IMG/VR virus record: IMGVR_UViG_3300032332_000896
Location: 1 to 59,671 of that record
DNA length: 59,671 nt
From: a virus
Lineage: Duplodnaviria > Caudoviricetes
Strand: one strand, 5' to 3'
The translations under genes were made by a program, and so were the position numbers. This document shows positions 26,095 to 35,701 of this stretch, piece after piece. Position 1 is the first letter of the stretch. Every line of letters begins with the position of its first letter. Below the pieces are notes generated by a model, which saw only the letters and a program-made list of their open reading frames with translations, did not search any database and was not told the DNA's origin.

Positions 26095-26489
26095 GGGATA
26101 TGTACTCCGAAGGCTCGCAGCAGCAGATAAGCGGCGACGGCAACAGCAGCTCCAACCGTAGTAGCGACAGAGCCCATGAAGACTCTGCTGCCCCCACCAC
26201 CGGGAACTGGGTTGCTGTTTGCCACAGCTGTTGCAAGAGCTTCGAGGCGCTGCGTAAGCCCCTCCATCCGCGTCTCAATAGCGCTCACGGATTGCCGAAC
26301 AGTCTCGGATAAATGCTCTTCGACCTTATCAATGCGGTTTGTGATTTCATGGCGCTGTTGTGTGTTTTGCGCCATCAACTCCTTGTATGTGACCCGCTCG
26401 TTGATCTGGGCAGAAACCCCGCCAACATCCCGCGCAAGATCGGCTACAGCCGCAAAGTAGTTAGGCCCCTGCCCCATCATGTCCGACAT
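26091..26489 (-). CDS. Coiled-coil protein with C-terminal TM (holin/hemolysin-like position)
   Basis: Heptad region then GSVATTVGAAVAVAAYLLL. Confidence 0.6.
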   Translation of the reverse strand: MSDMMGQGPNYFAAVADLARDVGGVSAQINERVTYKELMAQNTQQRHEITNRIDKVEEHLSETVRQSVSAIETRMEGLTQRLEALATAVANSNPVPGGGGSRVFMGSVATTVGAAVAVAAYLLLRAFGVHIP

Positions 26490-26893
26490 TACTTCCTCAA
26501 CTCAAGCAGAATGGCAGAAATCGCCTCATGGCGATCCGTCTCAGCCCGGCCCATTTCGTATTTGTCGTCGAGCAGTTTTTGCGTGAGTGAATCATATTCG
26601 CGAAGCAGTCTGTTTTTGCCATCGCTGATTGTTTCGTCTTCAGCGAGAAGGGCCGCGAGTTCTTCCGATACCGCGACTGGCGCGGGCTCTGGAACGACAG
26701 GCGCAAACGCGCCAATGCCAACGAGATATTCCACGAGACTATCGACATCCTCGCGCGCGCCGCCGTGCTCGCGCCCATGAGGGTCCGTTGCGGAGACCTG
26801 ATAGAGGCGACCGATCTTCTGGATGTCCGCGCGGGGCCAGCCCGCATTGACCATCCTGATGGAAAGCTCTGCGCAGATATTATCTGTCATCAC
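26489..26893 (-). CDS. Hypothetical protein
   Basis: AGGAG RBS; TAATG coupling. Confidence 0.6.
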   Translation of the reverse strand: MMTDNICAELSIRMVNAGWPRADIQKIGRLYQVSATDPHGREHGGAREDVDSLVEYLVGIGAFAPVVPEPAPVAVSEELAALLAEDETISDGKNRLLREYDSLTQKLLDDKYEMGRAETDRHEAISAILLELRK

Positions 26894-26899
26894 GGGCTC

Positions 26900-27313
26900 C
26901 TATGCTTTCTCTGCGGCCATGCTGATGTTGGCTGTGCTCAGCACAACCAAATCCGAAGCGCGTCGAATTTGGACGAACAGGACCGGGAACACGGCGCCGG
27001 TCGGCCCCGACTTTGTGACTGACCACGCCCGTGTCGTGTTGAGCGGTAGCCACGTCGCCTCTGTGCCGGATGTCAGCGCGTCGCCGCTGTTCGTCACATA
27101 CGCTTCGTAAGCCGCCCCCGCAGCACCAGTCGGGTTGATCCAGTTTTGAAACGTGGCGGTTCCAAAACCCGATGTAAATGTCTGCACCAGACCGGTGTTA
27201 GTGAGGGTGTAGGTTGCCGTCGCCGAGACGCCCGAGCGAATGTCCGTAATGGACGTATCGTTGATGAGTACGCGCGGCCCGCCACCTATTACCGCAGCTA
27301 GAAGAAGGCTCAT
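26900..27313 (-). CDS. Tail-fibre-associated beta-rich protein
   Basis: T/S/G-rich; ATGA-coupled to tail fibre. Confidence 0.6.
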   Translation of the reverse strand: MSLLLAAVIGGGPRVLINDTSITDIRSGVSATATYTLTNTGLVQTFTSGFGTATFQNWINPTGAAGAAYEAYVTNSGDALTSGTEATWLPLNTTRAWSVTKSGPTGAVFPVLFVQIRRASDLVVLSTANISMAAEKA

Positions 27314-28293
27314 GAGAAGCCCCCTGACAAAACAACAACTGAAGCTGTTCGCCAGTAAGCCGTTCCGGTCTGGTCAATCGCCAGCGTGGCGGTCGCGGAG
27401 TTTGTGCCGTTGACATACATCGTCACGCTGGCCCCGCGTGTGAATGTGCGCGCCGCGCCGTTGCTGTCGAATACTGTGATGTCTCCTGCAGTGAAGATGG
27501 CGTTGTCAAGCGTGATGCCGCCGCTGCACAGCACGGATGCGTTCGCGCTGTTTGCTGCTGTGATTGAACCTGTCGTCTCCGAGCTGACTTTGACCCGGAT
27601 CGACTGCGCTGCAGACCATGTCGCTGCGGTGCTCGTGACAGCAGTATTTGCGTTATAGGCTTGGACGTTCGTGCCAATCGTGAGGTTGGTTGCAGTCTTG
27701 AAAGCCGCCTCGTTCGCCGTGGCAAGGATCGTCTCGCCCATCGCGCCGATGTCGATTGTCGAGAACGTGTCGACGCCCGTGCCCTTGATGATCTTGCCGC
27801 TGGCGATTGTGAGCGCAGCAAGGGCCGTCAGCGTTGCGTCGAGCGGCTGTAGCGACGCTGTTGATGTGGCGGGATCGCCAACAATCTGGAAGCGCGTTCC
27901 ATCATAGGCGAGCCAGTAGAACGTGCCTGAGACGATGTCTCCCGACGCAACCGCCGTCGTTCCGTTCTTGGTGATGGCCGTGGCCGCGAGACCGTCAACC
28001 GCCACCGTGGATGCGCCAGAGCAGGTGTGGTTCGCCTTGAGCAGGACAAGGCGCGGAGCGGTGAGTGAGGTCCACGCACCGACACCATCATTTGTGATGG
28101 TATAGGCATTGGACGCGCCGCCATACGTGACACCGCCGCCGATGGTGTTCGTGTATGCCCTGATCGCCGACATCATCGCGCGCGCAGAGTTGTTCACGGT
28201 CGGCCCGAGCTGACCTTCGGCCCAGTTGATGTTTGCGTCAGCCGTGCCGTTACTGCCAGCTGTGAGAGACCAGTCCTGCGGGCCTTGAGCCAT
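27310..28293 (-). CDS. Tail fibre/adaptor protein
   Basis: WS.TA.SN.TAD.NINWAEGQ....VNNSARAMM N-terminus typical of alphaproteobacterial podophage fibres; QPLDATLTALA repeat. Confidence 0.75.
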   Translation of the reverse strand: MAQGPQDWSLTAGSNGTADANINWAEGQLGPTVNNSARAMMSAIRAYTNTIGGGVTYGGASNAYTITNDGVGAWTSLTAPRLVLLKANHTCSGASTVAVDGLAATAITKNGTTAVASGDIVSGTFYWLAYDGTRFQIVGDPATSTASLQPLDATLTALAALTIASGKIIKGTGVDTFSTIDIGAMGETILATANEAAFKTATNLTIGTNVQAYNANTAVTSTAATWSAAQSIRVKVSSETTGSITAANSANASVLCSGGITLDNAIFTAGDITVFDSNGAARTFTRGASVTMYVNGTNSATATLAIDQTGTAYWRTASVVVLSGGFS

Positions 28294-28446
28294 CTAGTTC
28301 TCCCTGCGTGGTGTGATGTTCTTCATGGTCGCTTCGCGAGCGGCGTTGCGGCGCTTGATGTGGCGATCCATGAGATGCCAGCCGATGCGTCCGCCAATCC
28401 CCCACCCAGCCAGCACGAAGAGCATGCCGACGTATTTGGGGTCCAT
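28294..28446 (-). CDS. Small membrane protein
   Basis: MDPKYVGMLFVLAGWGIGG...; TAATG and TAGATG coupling. Confidence 0.55.
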   Translation of the reverse strand: MDPKYVGMLFVLAGWGIGGRIGWHLMDRHIKRRNAAREATMKNITPRREN

Positions 28447-30464
28447 TATTGACCACCACTCGCGAGCGTGTTGCCGCCGACGCCGAAGAAGACGCCATTG
28501 GTGAGAGCGTCTTGGAAATTCCTCTGGCGGAAGTTCTGGTTTTCCATCTGACGCGCAGCTGCGAGCGCCTGCACGCTTGGCCGCGTGTGGCCAATGGAGC
28601 CGCCGTTGATGCGAGCAAGGGTGCCAATGTTCTTGGCCCACTTGTCCACGCCGCCCGCAGCGTTGATCTCGGCGATAATCTCTGTCGGATTGCGCTGCAT
28701 CGCGGAGAGGATGTGATTGGAGACGGCTTCGTCGAACTTGTCCGCTCTCGGCTTGGTGACGAGCTGCCACAGCGCATTGAGAATGCCGCTTGATCCCTGC
28801 ATCGGGTTCGTCTGCGCGATCTGGGATTGGTAAGCGGCCAGCTTGTCTGCAGTGGGAGAGCCGACGCCAATCCTCGAATTGACGCTGTTCTCGAAATACT
28901 CGCGCTGCTGCTCCAGCTTCGGAAGCAGCTTTGCGAACCGCGTCCGCATGTCCATCGCCCCGGAAGCGGTCTTGCCGCCGATGACGGTGTTCAGGACGCC
29001 GATCTTGGCCTTCGTTCCGAGAATGGAGCGCAGCACATCAGCGCGGCCCGACTGTGTGTCGGCCATGTCCATGACGTTCTCGACGCGCGCCAGAGCGCCC
29101 TGACGAACCCAGCGCTTCTGCTCTTTCGAGAGCTTGGCGAAATCGCTGACGAACTCACCGACGTTGATGTTGTCGCCATTGTTGAGGGTCTGCTTCATGA
29201 AGTCATAGCCGAAGCGGATTTGCTCCTGCTCATCGGCAAGGGCGCGATACGCTGACTGCTTGGCTTCCCACTTTGCGCCAAGGATGCCGCCGATCTCCTT
29301 CCTGAGATTGGAGGAGTCGTTGGTGATGCGACGAAGGGCGTCGCGGCCCTGACCCGTGACGCGAACGGTGTGTTTTGCATCGGCGACATTCTCGCGCACA
29401 TTTGTCCAGAGCGTGCGCCAGAACTTCGGAAACTGGATGACATCTCCGAGCGTGTACTGGTCGCCGACAATGCGAAGGCCGACAACATTCGGGTTGTCGA
29501 CGCGAACGGCTTCAACTGCGTCCGCAATCGCTCCCTTGAATGGGCTGCTCTCCGAACGCAGGTGGTGAGCGACGAAATCCTTGGCCATCAGGCTGGGCTC
29601 GATCTGCATCGAGTCGATGTCTGAGTAATCGATCAGCTTCTTCAGGTCGGCCAGATCGCTGATGCGGTCTCCCGCGTCGATCCGCTTGACCGCAGCCGAA
29701 TGCCACAAGCCCTTCGCAGCCGTCTCGGCCATCCCGTTGTTGCGCTTGTCGAGCGCCTCACGGAACACTTCCTTCTGAGCTGACGGTCGAGACGCCGCGC
29801 CCATCACGAGGGACACGCCGCCCTTCTGAACGTCCATCATGGTTGCGTTGGGCGCTGCTGCCTTGGCCGCAGCCTCAAGCGCCTGTGGCGTCTGGCCATA
29901 ACGACCGCCCATCTCGGCGAGGACTTTTGCCGCGCGCTCAGAAGAGCTGAGAGCCGGGCGAACGCCTTCGCGATAAGCGTGACCAAGACCTGCGCCAACA
30001 ACGCGCGCGCCTGCTCCAAACCCGCCGCCGATGAGCGCGCCGCCCATCGCGCCTTCGAGGCGGTTTGGGTCTTCCGCAGAGCCTGCGCCATAGACGCCGC
30101 CGCCAAGAGCGCCCGTCGCAGCCGAAGTTGCGACGCGACCGAGAAGGCCGACATTCTTGCCAAGATTTGCAGCCAGACCCAGACCGCGAATAGCCGCGCC
30201 GCCAGCCATACCGCCAGCCATACCGCCCAAGACCTGACCACCGGCAAAGTAGCCGGGCTCATACGCCTGAGCGCGCTGCTGCTGGCGCCTCGACCAGTCG
30301 GTCACGTCAGCCCCATTCATGCCAAGCAGGCCCGCGCCGAAACCGAGCGCTTCGTCGCCCCATCCAAACGTCAATGCGTCACCCGCACCAGAGGCAAGCG
30401 CCTCCCATGCGTCTGGCACATTCTGTTTCTTGTTCGCGAATTGCGAAAACGAATTGAAAGCCAT
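28446..30464 (-). CDS. Putative internal virion / DNA ejection protein
   Basis: GAGDALTFGWGDE motif, Gly/Ala-rich hydrophobic segments, 672 aa. Confidence 0.7.
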   Translation of the reverse strand: MAFNSFSQFANKKQNVPDAWEALASGAGDALTFGWGDEALGFGAGLLGMNGADVTDWSRRQQQRAQAYEPGYFAGGQVLGGMAGGMAGGAAIRGLGLAANLGKNVGLLGRVATSAATGALGGGVYGAGSAEDPNRLEGAMGGALIGGGFGAGARVVGAGLGHAYREGVRPALSSSERAAKVLAEMGGRYGQTPQALEAAAKAAAPNATMMDVQKGGVSLVMGAASRPSAQKEVFREALDKRNNGMAETAAKGLWHSAAVKRIDAGDRISDLADLKKLIDYSDIDSMQIEPSLMAKDFVAHHLRSESSPFKGAIADAVEAVRVDNPNVVGLRIVGDQYTLGDVIQFPKFWRTLWTNVRENVADAKHTVRVTGQGRDALRRITNDSSNLRKEIGGILGAKWEAKQSAYRALADEQEQIRFGYDFMKQTLNNGDNINVGEFVSDFAKLSKEQKRWVRQGALARVENVMDMADTQSGRADVLRSILGTKAKIGVLNTVIGGKTASGAMDMRTRFAKLLPKLEQQREYFENSVNSRIGVGSPTADKLAAYQSQIAQTNPMQGSSGILNALWQLVTKPRADKFDEAVSNHILSAMQRNPTEIIAEINAAGGVDKWAKNIGTLARINGGSIGHTRPSVQALAAARQMENQNFRQRNFQDALTNGVFFGVGGNTLASGGQ

Positions 30465-30476
30465 GACGCCCTCCGA

Positions 30477-32414
30477 TTAGTAACCTAGCCGAGCAAGCGC
30501 CACGTCAGCGCTCATGTAGTCGCCGTACATATCGTTCCACTTCTTGCGATTTGCGGGCGTGTTGTTTTGTCGAAGCCCGAGTATTGCGGCTGCATCAGGC
30601 GGCGTGGACGACCTCGTGGACGTGGTGCTGGCCGCGCCCTTGCCATTCAGCTGGTTGAGAACATCATCGGCTTTGGCGTAATGGCCAAAAACCTCATCCC
30701 ACTCTTTCTTTTTTTCTGCCGTTGGATTTTGCCTGAGCATCCAGATGGCGTTGGTATCTGGCGGCGTGGACGAGGCTAGCGGTGAAAGCGCAGCTGTAGA
30801 ACTGACAGGTTTGGGCGGCGGACCCATCGCTTGATTGAGCGTCTGGCCCTTGTCATTCAGGCCATCAATGCTCCAACCTTTATCCATCCAGTTGACCATG
30901 CCGTTGTAGTAATTGACTCCACGGTTCAGCTCGTTCTCCATGTTGTCGAACATGCGTGTGGCGGCGGCAACTTCAGTGTTGGGACCAACGAGCGTTTTCT
31001 GAACCATCGCCAAGTCGACGTTGGATGCAGGCTTCAGCTTCTGAACTTCTTCGAGCACGAAGCCGCGCTGCAGGTCCGCGAACTCCTGCATGAGCCCTTG
31101 CGAGACTTTGTCGTCTAGCCCCCACTGCGCCAGTGTAACGCGAGAGTCTGCGTCAATGGGTCGGTTGACTCCATTCCGTTTGCCAAGCTCAGTCATGATT
31201 TCGCGCATGCGCTGAATGCGCGGGAGCGTTTGAGCCACTGCCGTGTTGGCCGCTTCTGACCACGGCTGAATACGCGCCATGTCTGCACGACCGCGAACAG
31301 TCGCCGTTGGATCAGTGCGCCGGAAGTCAGCAACCTGCAGCTGTGTGTCGCGGTCCTTCTGGGCTTCTGTAGTTTTCCAGACGCGCTCAGCGTAGGCGGC
31401 GTTGGCGTCCAGTCGTCCCTTAAGGTTTGTAAGGGCTACACTGCGGTCGTAGTCTTTGTTGTCTTTTGCAACGCTGAGCTGCCACTCAAGAACATTGCTG
31501 TATTTGTCGGGGTCTCTCACGGCGAGTTCCAGCAGACGACGCTCGTTCGGATCGCCGTCCGGTTTCAGCTCGCCAAGCATTGCCTGTGCTGCCGAAGCCG
31601 TGGACGCGCGAATCTGATTGGTGCGCGTGACTTCGGCTTCCTGCGCCTTGCGCGCATTGATGTCGTATCCGAACATCTCCTTGGTCATCGCGTCCTGCTC
31701 GACCTGACGCTTCTGCTCAGTGTCGTAGCGCTTCTTGTTTTCCTTCTCGCCCGTGATCTGGCCGAGCGCTTCCGTAGGCGCGGCCCATCCGCCACCGCCC
31801 GGCTGCGAACCGGCGAGCAGGGAGCCGCCAAGGCGAATCCAGTCCATGTTGTTGAAGCCGAGACCGAATGCGCCCTCAGTGCCCTGCGCCTGCGCGGTAT
31901 CGCCCGTGGCCTTCTCGCCCGCTTGCGGCTGGCGCGCGACCCCAGTGCCCTGCTGGAAGCCGCTCGCGCCGGGGTAGGCAGCAGCAGCCGGATCGTTCTG
32001 AAACCCACCAGCGGGCATCTGGCCGTTCGCGGCGACGAGCTGGTCGCTGTAAGCGCTTGATGAATCGTCGACGCCGGGAAGGGCAAGCCCTTGCGCAAAA
32101 TCAGCAGTCGTTGGGATGCCCCGTGGCGGCATCGGAATGTTCAGCGGATTGATTGGCGTTGGAGTGGGGCGCTGCCCCGTGCGCTGCGGCGCCGGGCGCT
32201 GCTGAGGCGGCGACTGCATCCCCGGCATTCCAGCGGTCCACGGTATCTGTGGCTGTGGAATTGGAGACGACTTCTGCGGCTGGTATGGCGACATGATTGT
32301 TCGCGGTCCAGCCGTGAACGGATTCATCCCCGGCTGTGCTGGTGCGTTTCCATACGAAGACGCCTGCATCTGCTGCAGCATCTTCTGGTACTTATCATCA
32401 GGGATGAACGGCAT
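30477..32414 (-). CDS. Putative internal virion / DNA ejection protein
   Basis: Q/P-rich N-terminus, helical core, duplicated C-terminal STPPD..AI..LRQN module. Confidence 0.7.
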   Translation of the reverse strand: MPFIPDDKYQKMLQQMQASSYGNAPAQPGMNPFTAGPRTIMSPYQPQKSSPIPQPQIPWTAGMPGMQSPPQQRPAPQRTGQRPTPTPINPLNIPMPPRGIPTTADFAQGLALPGVDDSSSAYSDQLVAANGQMPAGGFQNDPAAAAYPGASGFQQGTGVARQPQAGEKATGDTAQAQGTEGAFGLGFNNMDWIRLGGSLLAGSQPGGGGWAAPTEALGQITGEKENKKRYDTEQKRQVEQDAMTKEMFGYDINARKAQEAEVTRTNQIRASTASAAQAMLGELKPDGDPNERRLLELAVRDPDKYSNVLEWQLSVAKDNKDYDRSVALTNLKGRLDANAAYAERVWKTTEAQKDRDTQLQVADFRRTDPTATVRGRADMARIQPWSEAANTAVAQTLPRIQRMREIMTELGKRNGVNRPIDADSRVTLAQWGLDDKVSQGLMQEFADLQRGFVLEEVQKLKPASNVDLAMVQKTLVGPNTEVAAATRMFDNMENELNRGVNYYNGMVNWMDKGWSIDGLNDKGQTLNQAMGPPPKPVSSTAALSPLASSTPPDTNAIWMLRQNPTAEKKKEWDEVFGHYAKADDVLNQLNGKGAASTTSTRSSTPPDAAAILGLRQNNTPANRKKWNDMYGDYMSADVALARLGY

Positions 32415-32851
32415 CAGTAATCTCCCCTGCGCATCTTCTCGCGAGCGAGCTGGTTATTCGTCATTGTGTCGAGCGGATTTGGCTCGCGTGGGCCAAAGTC
32501 TCCACCGGGGCCAAAGGCGCGGCGCACGGGGCGCGGGTCGTCGTATCCATGTTTGGCGATGTTGGCGATTTCTTCGTCATTCATCTGCGAGATGATCTTC
32601 GCCAAGTCCTGCTCACTCATCGGCCCGAACAGCTTGCGCGCGCCCTTGATGAGAAGCGGCACGATGGCGTGAGCGCCCGCGCCAAACGCTGCACCCGACA
32701 GCGCGCCGGGTACCATCGAGTCATCACCGCCAAGCGCTGCACCAAGTCCACCACCGATGACGCCGCCGCCAACGCCCGACAGGAAATTGTCAGCGACTCC
32801 CTGCGCGGAGCCACGCGGGATCATCCTGCCGATATGACGAAGCAATCCCAT
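32414..32851 (-). CDS. Putative internal virion protein
   Basis: MGLLRH start, glycine-zipper segment; TGATG coupling. Confidence 0.6.
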   Translation of the reverse strand: MGLLRHIGRMIPRGSAQGVADNFLSGVGGGVIGGGLGAALGGDDSMVPGALSGAAFGAGAHAIVPLLIKGARKLFGPMSEQDLAKIISQMNDEEIANIAKHGYDDPRPVRRAFGPGGDFGPREPNPLDTMTNNQLAREKMRRGDY

Positions 32852-33288
32852 CAGAGCTTCCCTCTGTAATACGGTTGCGCGGTCGGCTGCTGAAGCCCGA
32901 GCGGATTGAGACCAGCATACTGGCCACGGTATGCGTACATATTCTGCTGAGGCACGGGCGGCAGAGGTGCTTGCTGCTGTGGTTGCGACTGCTTCATCAG
33001 GTTCAGGCCGATGCCGATGGCGGCGGTATCGGAGTCGCTCATGCCGTATGAGCCGGTTGGCACGAGCGGATTGACGCCCTTTGCGTCGGGGCCGGGAAGA
33101 GCAAGCCCTTGCGCGAAGCCAGCGGTCGTTGGGATGCCCCTGTCGAGACCCGGCTTGTAATCAAGCGGTGTCCCTCGCTGCCACGATGAGTTAAGCGCCT
33201 GCGCGCCTGCGCCTGCGCCATAGGGTGCAGCTGTTGGCGGCTGCATTCTTCCGAGGAAACCGCGTCCGCCACCGAATTGGTTGTTCAT
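32851..33288 (-). CDS. Putative internal virion protein
   Basis: GGAGGG RBS; low-complexity G/P/Q. Confidence 0.6.
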   Translation of the reverse strand: MNNQFGGGRGFLGRMQPPTAAPYGAGAGAQALNSSWQRGTPLDYKPGLDRGIPTTAGFAQGLALPGPDAKGVNPLVPTGSYGMSDSDTAAIGIGLNLMKQSQPQQQAPLPPVPQQNMYAYRGQYAGLNPLGLQQPTAQPYYRGKL

Positions 33289-33292
33289 GACA

Positions 33293-34261
33293 TCACCCTC
33301 CGAACAGGCCAGCGAGACCGCCTGCTGCGGCCATCCACGGATTGCCACCGCTTGCGCCGAATGCAGAGGCCGCCCCACCGAGACCGGCCATCAGCTTGTT
33401 GCTTTGCTGGACCGGAGATGTCTGCGACGAGTTGGTCGTGCCCGGCATGCCCGACATGAGGCCCGCGTACATGTTTGCGGTCTGCCACGGGGCCATCTGG
33501 TTGAAGTCCCACTTCGCCTTCTCTGCGTCGATGTTGGCTTGGTTCTGCGAGTCGATTGCGCCGCCGACTTGCGCCATCTGCTGCGCTGGCATCGAGCCGT
33601 AGTTGTAGAGGCCCGCGAGCAGCTGCTGCTGGTTCATCGAGTTCTGCGCGCCCTGCTGGAACATATCGCCGTACATGCCGAGGCCCTGCATCTGTGACTG
33701 CAGGTTCGTGCCCGCAGCCGAGAGCGCGCGGTTAGCCGAGCTTTCGTAAGCTGGCATTGCGATGTTTGTGTAGAGGTCGCCCAGAGCGTTACCCATGCCC
33801 TGTCCGTAGGCGGCGTTTGCACCGAACCTTCCCGACTTTGCGAACTGCGCATTCATGCTGTCGGTGACGTGCCGCGCGCCGTTGCTGTAGGCGCGATCAA
33901 TGTACGGGTTGACGCTGCCCATGCCGAACTGGTCGAGCTGCTGCTGCGGCGCGCTCTGACCTGTCGCGAACATCGCCGCGCCGCCCATCGCGGGATTGTA
34001 GCCTGAGAGGTTCTGCGCCGCTGACTGCTGGGCCAGCTCGTAGTTTGGAGCGCCTCCTGCAGCCTGCGTCTTCATCATATCGAGCGCTTGGTTGGTTTCC
34101 GGCGAATACTGGGCGACCGTGTTGCCGCCGAAGTATTGCAAAGGCCCTTGGCCGTAGAGCGTGCTGCCGATACCGGATAGCGTGCCCTGCCAAGCCTTCG
34201 TCGCCGGGTCCAGCTCGGTCTTGGTTGTGACCGTCTGGGTTTTGGGCGTTTTCTGACCCAT
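33293..34261 (-). CDS. DNA transfer/pilot protein
   Basis: MG...KTQT.TT..E N-terminus, Q/A/G-rich, SGRFG, C-terminal glycine zipper. Confidence 0.7.
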   Translation of the reverse strand: MGQKTPKTQTVTTKTELDPATKAWQGTLSGIGSTLYGQGPLQYFGGNTVAQYSPETNQALDMMKTQAAGGAPNYELAQQSAAQNLSGYNPAMGGAAMFATGQSAPQQQLDQFGMGSVNPYIDRAYSNGARHVTDSMNAQFAKSGRFGANAAYGQGMGNALGDLYTNIAMPAYESSANRALSAAGTNLQSQMQGLGMYGDMFQQGAQNSMNQQQLLAGLYNYGSMPAQQMAQVGGAIDSQNQANIDAEKAKWDFNQMAPWQTANMYAGLMSGMPGTTNSSQTSPVQQSNKLMAGLGGAASAFGASGGNPWMAAAGGLAGLFGG

Positions 34262-34287
34262 GTTCCCTCCATGCGCAGTAAACCGGG

Positions 34288-34316
34288 TTGACGGCTAAAT
34301 GCGCGTTTACTATTTC
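34288..34316 (+). promoter_or_regulatory. Antisense promoter TTGACG-17-TATTTC
   Basis: In the only gap of the ejection cluster; followed by GAGGAG RBS. Confidence 0.55.
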
Positions 34317-34338
34317 TGATGTCGAAGAGGAGACCGAC

Positions 34339-34461
34339 GTGACCCGCCAGACCCTGAAACTGATTGAACTCGCCTGCTCGATAGCGCTCATTGCTGGCGC
34401 TGTTCTTCTGACCGATCCGCTTGGCGATCAGCTCAGGCTGTGGTTCCCGTCGATTTTCTAG
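34339..34461 (+). CDS. 40-aa membrane peptide (moron; possible superinfection exclusion)
   Basis: GTG start, MTRQTLKLIELACSIALIAGAVLLTDPLGDQLRLWFPSIF; not in ORF track. Confidence 0.5.
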   Translation: MTRQTLKLIELACSIALIAGAVLLTDPLGDQLRLWFPSIF

Positions 34462-35270
34462 CGTTGGTTATGCGGCGCCAGTGACGGCGCGGGCGGGCCA
34501 TCGCCCCTGCGCTGCGTTTTCATTTTTTCCTCAACCATCTTTGAGATGGCTTGGATGGTCTGGTCGTCCCACTCGCCGGTCAGCGGAACGCCGACCTGAG
34601 CCTGAAACATCCTGATGCCGGTCGGCGTGTTCTCGAATCCGATTGCCTGCATGGCTTTGGAGCGGACTTCGTCATCCTGCCCGTCCTCGCCACTGAGCGC
34701 GCGCGCCAGCCCGTAGCCGAAGGCTCCCAGACCGCCGATGATGCCGCCGCCGACCAGCCAGCCAGCATTGTTGCCAACCTTGTCCTTGACGCCTTGGATC
34801 AGGTCACGAGGCATCGCGCGTCCGAAGGCGTCATCAACACCATCCCATGCTGCCGATCCGAGGCGACCGACTTCCTTGAGGCCGTCAATCGCCTTGTCGA
34901 CGCCATTCATGCCAATCTGCGCGCCGTACTTGTTCATCGCGTGGCCCTCGCCCAGATCGTCGATGGCTGACATTGCCTGAGCATTGGGGAACTGCGTCGC
35001 CTGACTTCCCGTCTGACCCAGAGCGCGACGTAGCTCCAGCGTCTTCGCGACCTTCTCGGCCTGAGACATCGTCGATACCGGAACGCGCGATAGGAGCCCA
35101 CGCACGCCGCGAATACCACGCCCGGCTGCAAGCCCAAGCGCTGCGCCTGCAACGCCATTGCCGAGCTTGTCATCGCCTTCCGAGAGCAGCGCACCAGCGC
35201 CGCCGATGCCGAGCATCGCCATCAGCTCAGGGCTGCGCATGATACGCGCGAGAAGACCATTGCCAGCCAT
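34458..35270 (-). CDS. Virion protein with hydrophobic segments and C-terminal peptidoglycan-binding-like motif
   Basis: GIRMFQAQVGVPLTGEWDDQT resembles PG_binding_1. Confidence 0.6.
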   Translation of the reverse strand: MAGNGLLARIMRSPELMAMLGIGGAGALLSEGDDKLGNGVAGAALGLAAGRGIRGVRGLLSRVPVSTMSQAEKVAKTLELRRALGQTGSQATQFPNAQAMSAIDDLGEGHAMNKYGAQIGMNGVDKAIDGLKEVGRLGSAAWDGVDDAFGRAMPRDLIQGVKDKVGNNAGWLVGGGIIGGLGAFGYGLARALSGEDGQDDEVRSKAMQAIGFENTPTGIRMFQAQVGVPLTGEWDDQTIQAISKMVEEKMKTQRRGDGPPAPSLAPHNQR

Positions 35271-35701
35271 TAGCCAACCTCCCGCTCAAGCACGATAGCC
35301 GTGCGCTTCCATTCCGGCATCAGCCGCTGCAGACCTTCGCGCCCGATCATCCGAAGGGACACGCACTCGTTTTCCTTGGCGTAGTCATCGAGCTGCGGCT
35401 GCAACGTGAGCCACTCTTTCAGGGCCGAACCAGAGGCCAGCAGGACTTCGAGGATGCGCTTGCCGGTTGGGAACTGGCTGACGCTCAGTATCATCATGGC
35501 CAGCGGCTTGCCCTTGTCGTCGAAGAAGATGGCTGGCCGATACTCGCCATTCATGACGCCCTCGACCACGCCAGCAACGCTGAACTGGCCCGCGCTCCAC
35601 TCGCACGCCTCTTTCAGCATGGGATGCAGATGGGGCCAGAGACGCGGAAAGTCGTTGGGTCCGACGAACTCCAGAGTGAGCCTCGTTGCGGTCTTCGTCA
35701 T
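35270..35701 (-). CDS. GNAT-like morphogenesis protein (P22 gp14 position)
   Basis: L..YAKENEC.SLRMIGREG..R pattern; position after tail tubular gene. Confidence 0.6.
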   Translation of the reverse strand: MTKTATRLTLEFVGPNDFPRLWPHLHPMLKEACEWSAGQFSVAGVVEGVMNGEYRPAIFFDDKGKPLAMMILSVSQFPTGKRILEVLLASGSALKEWLTLQPQLDDYAKENECVSLRMIGREGLQRLMPEWKRTAIVLEREVG

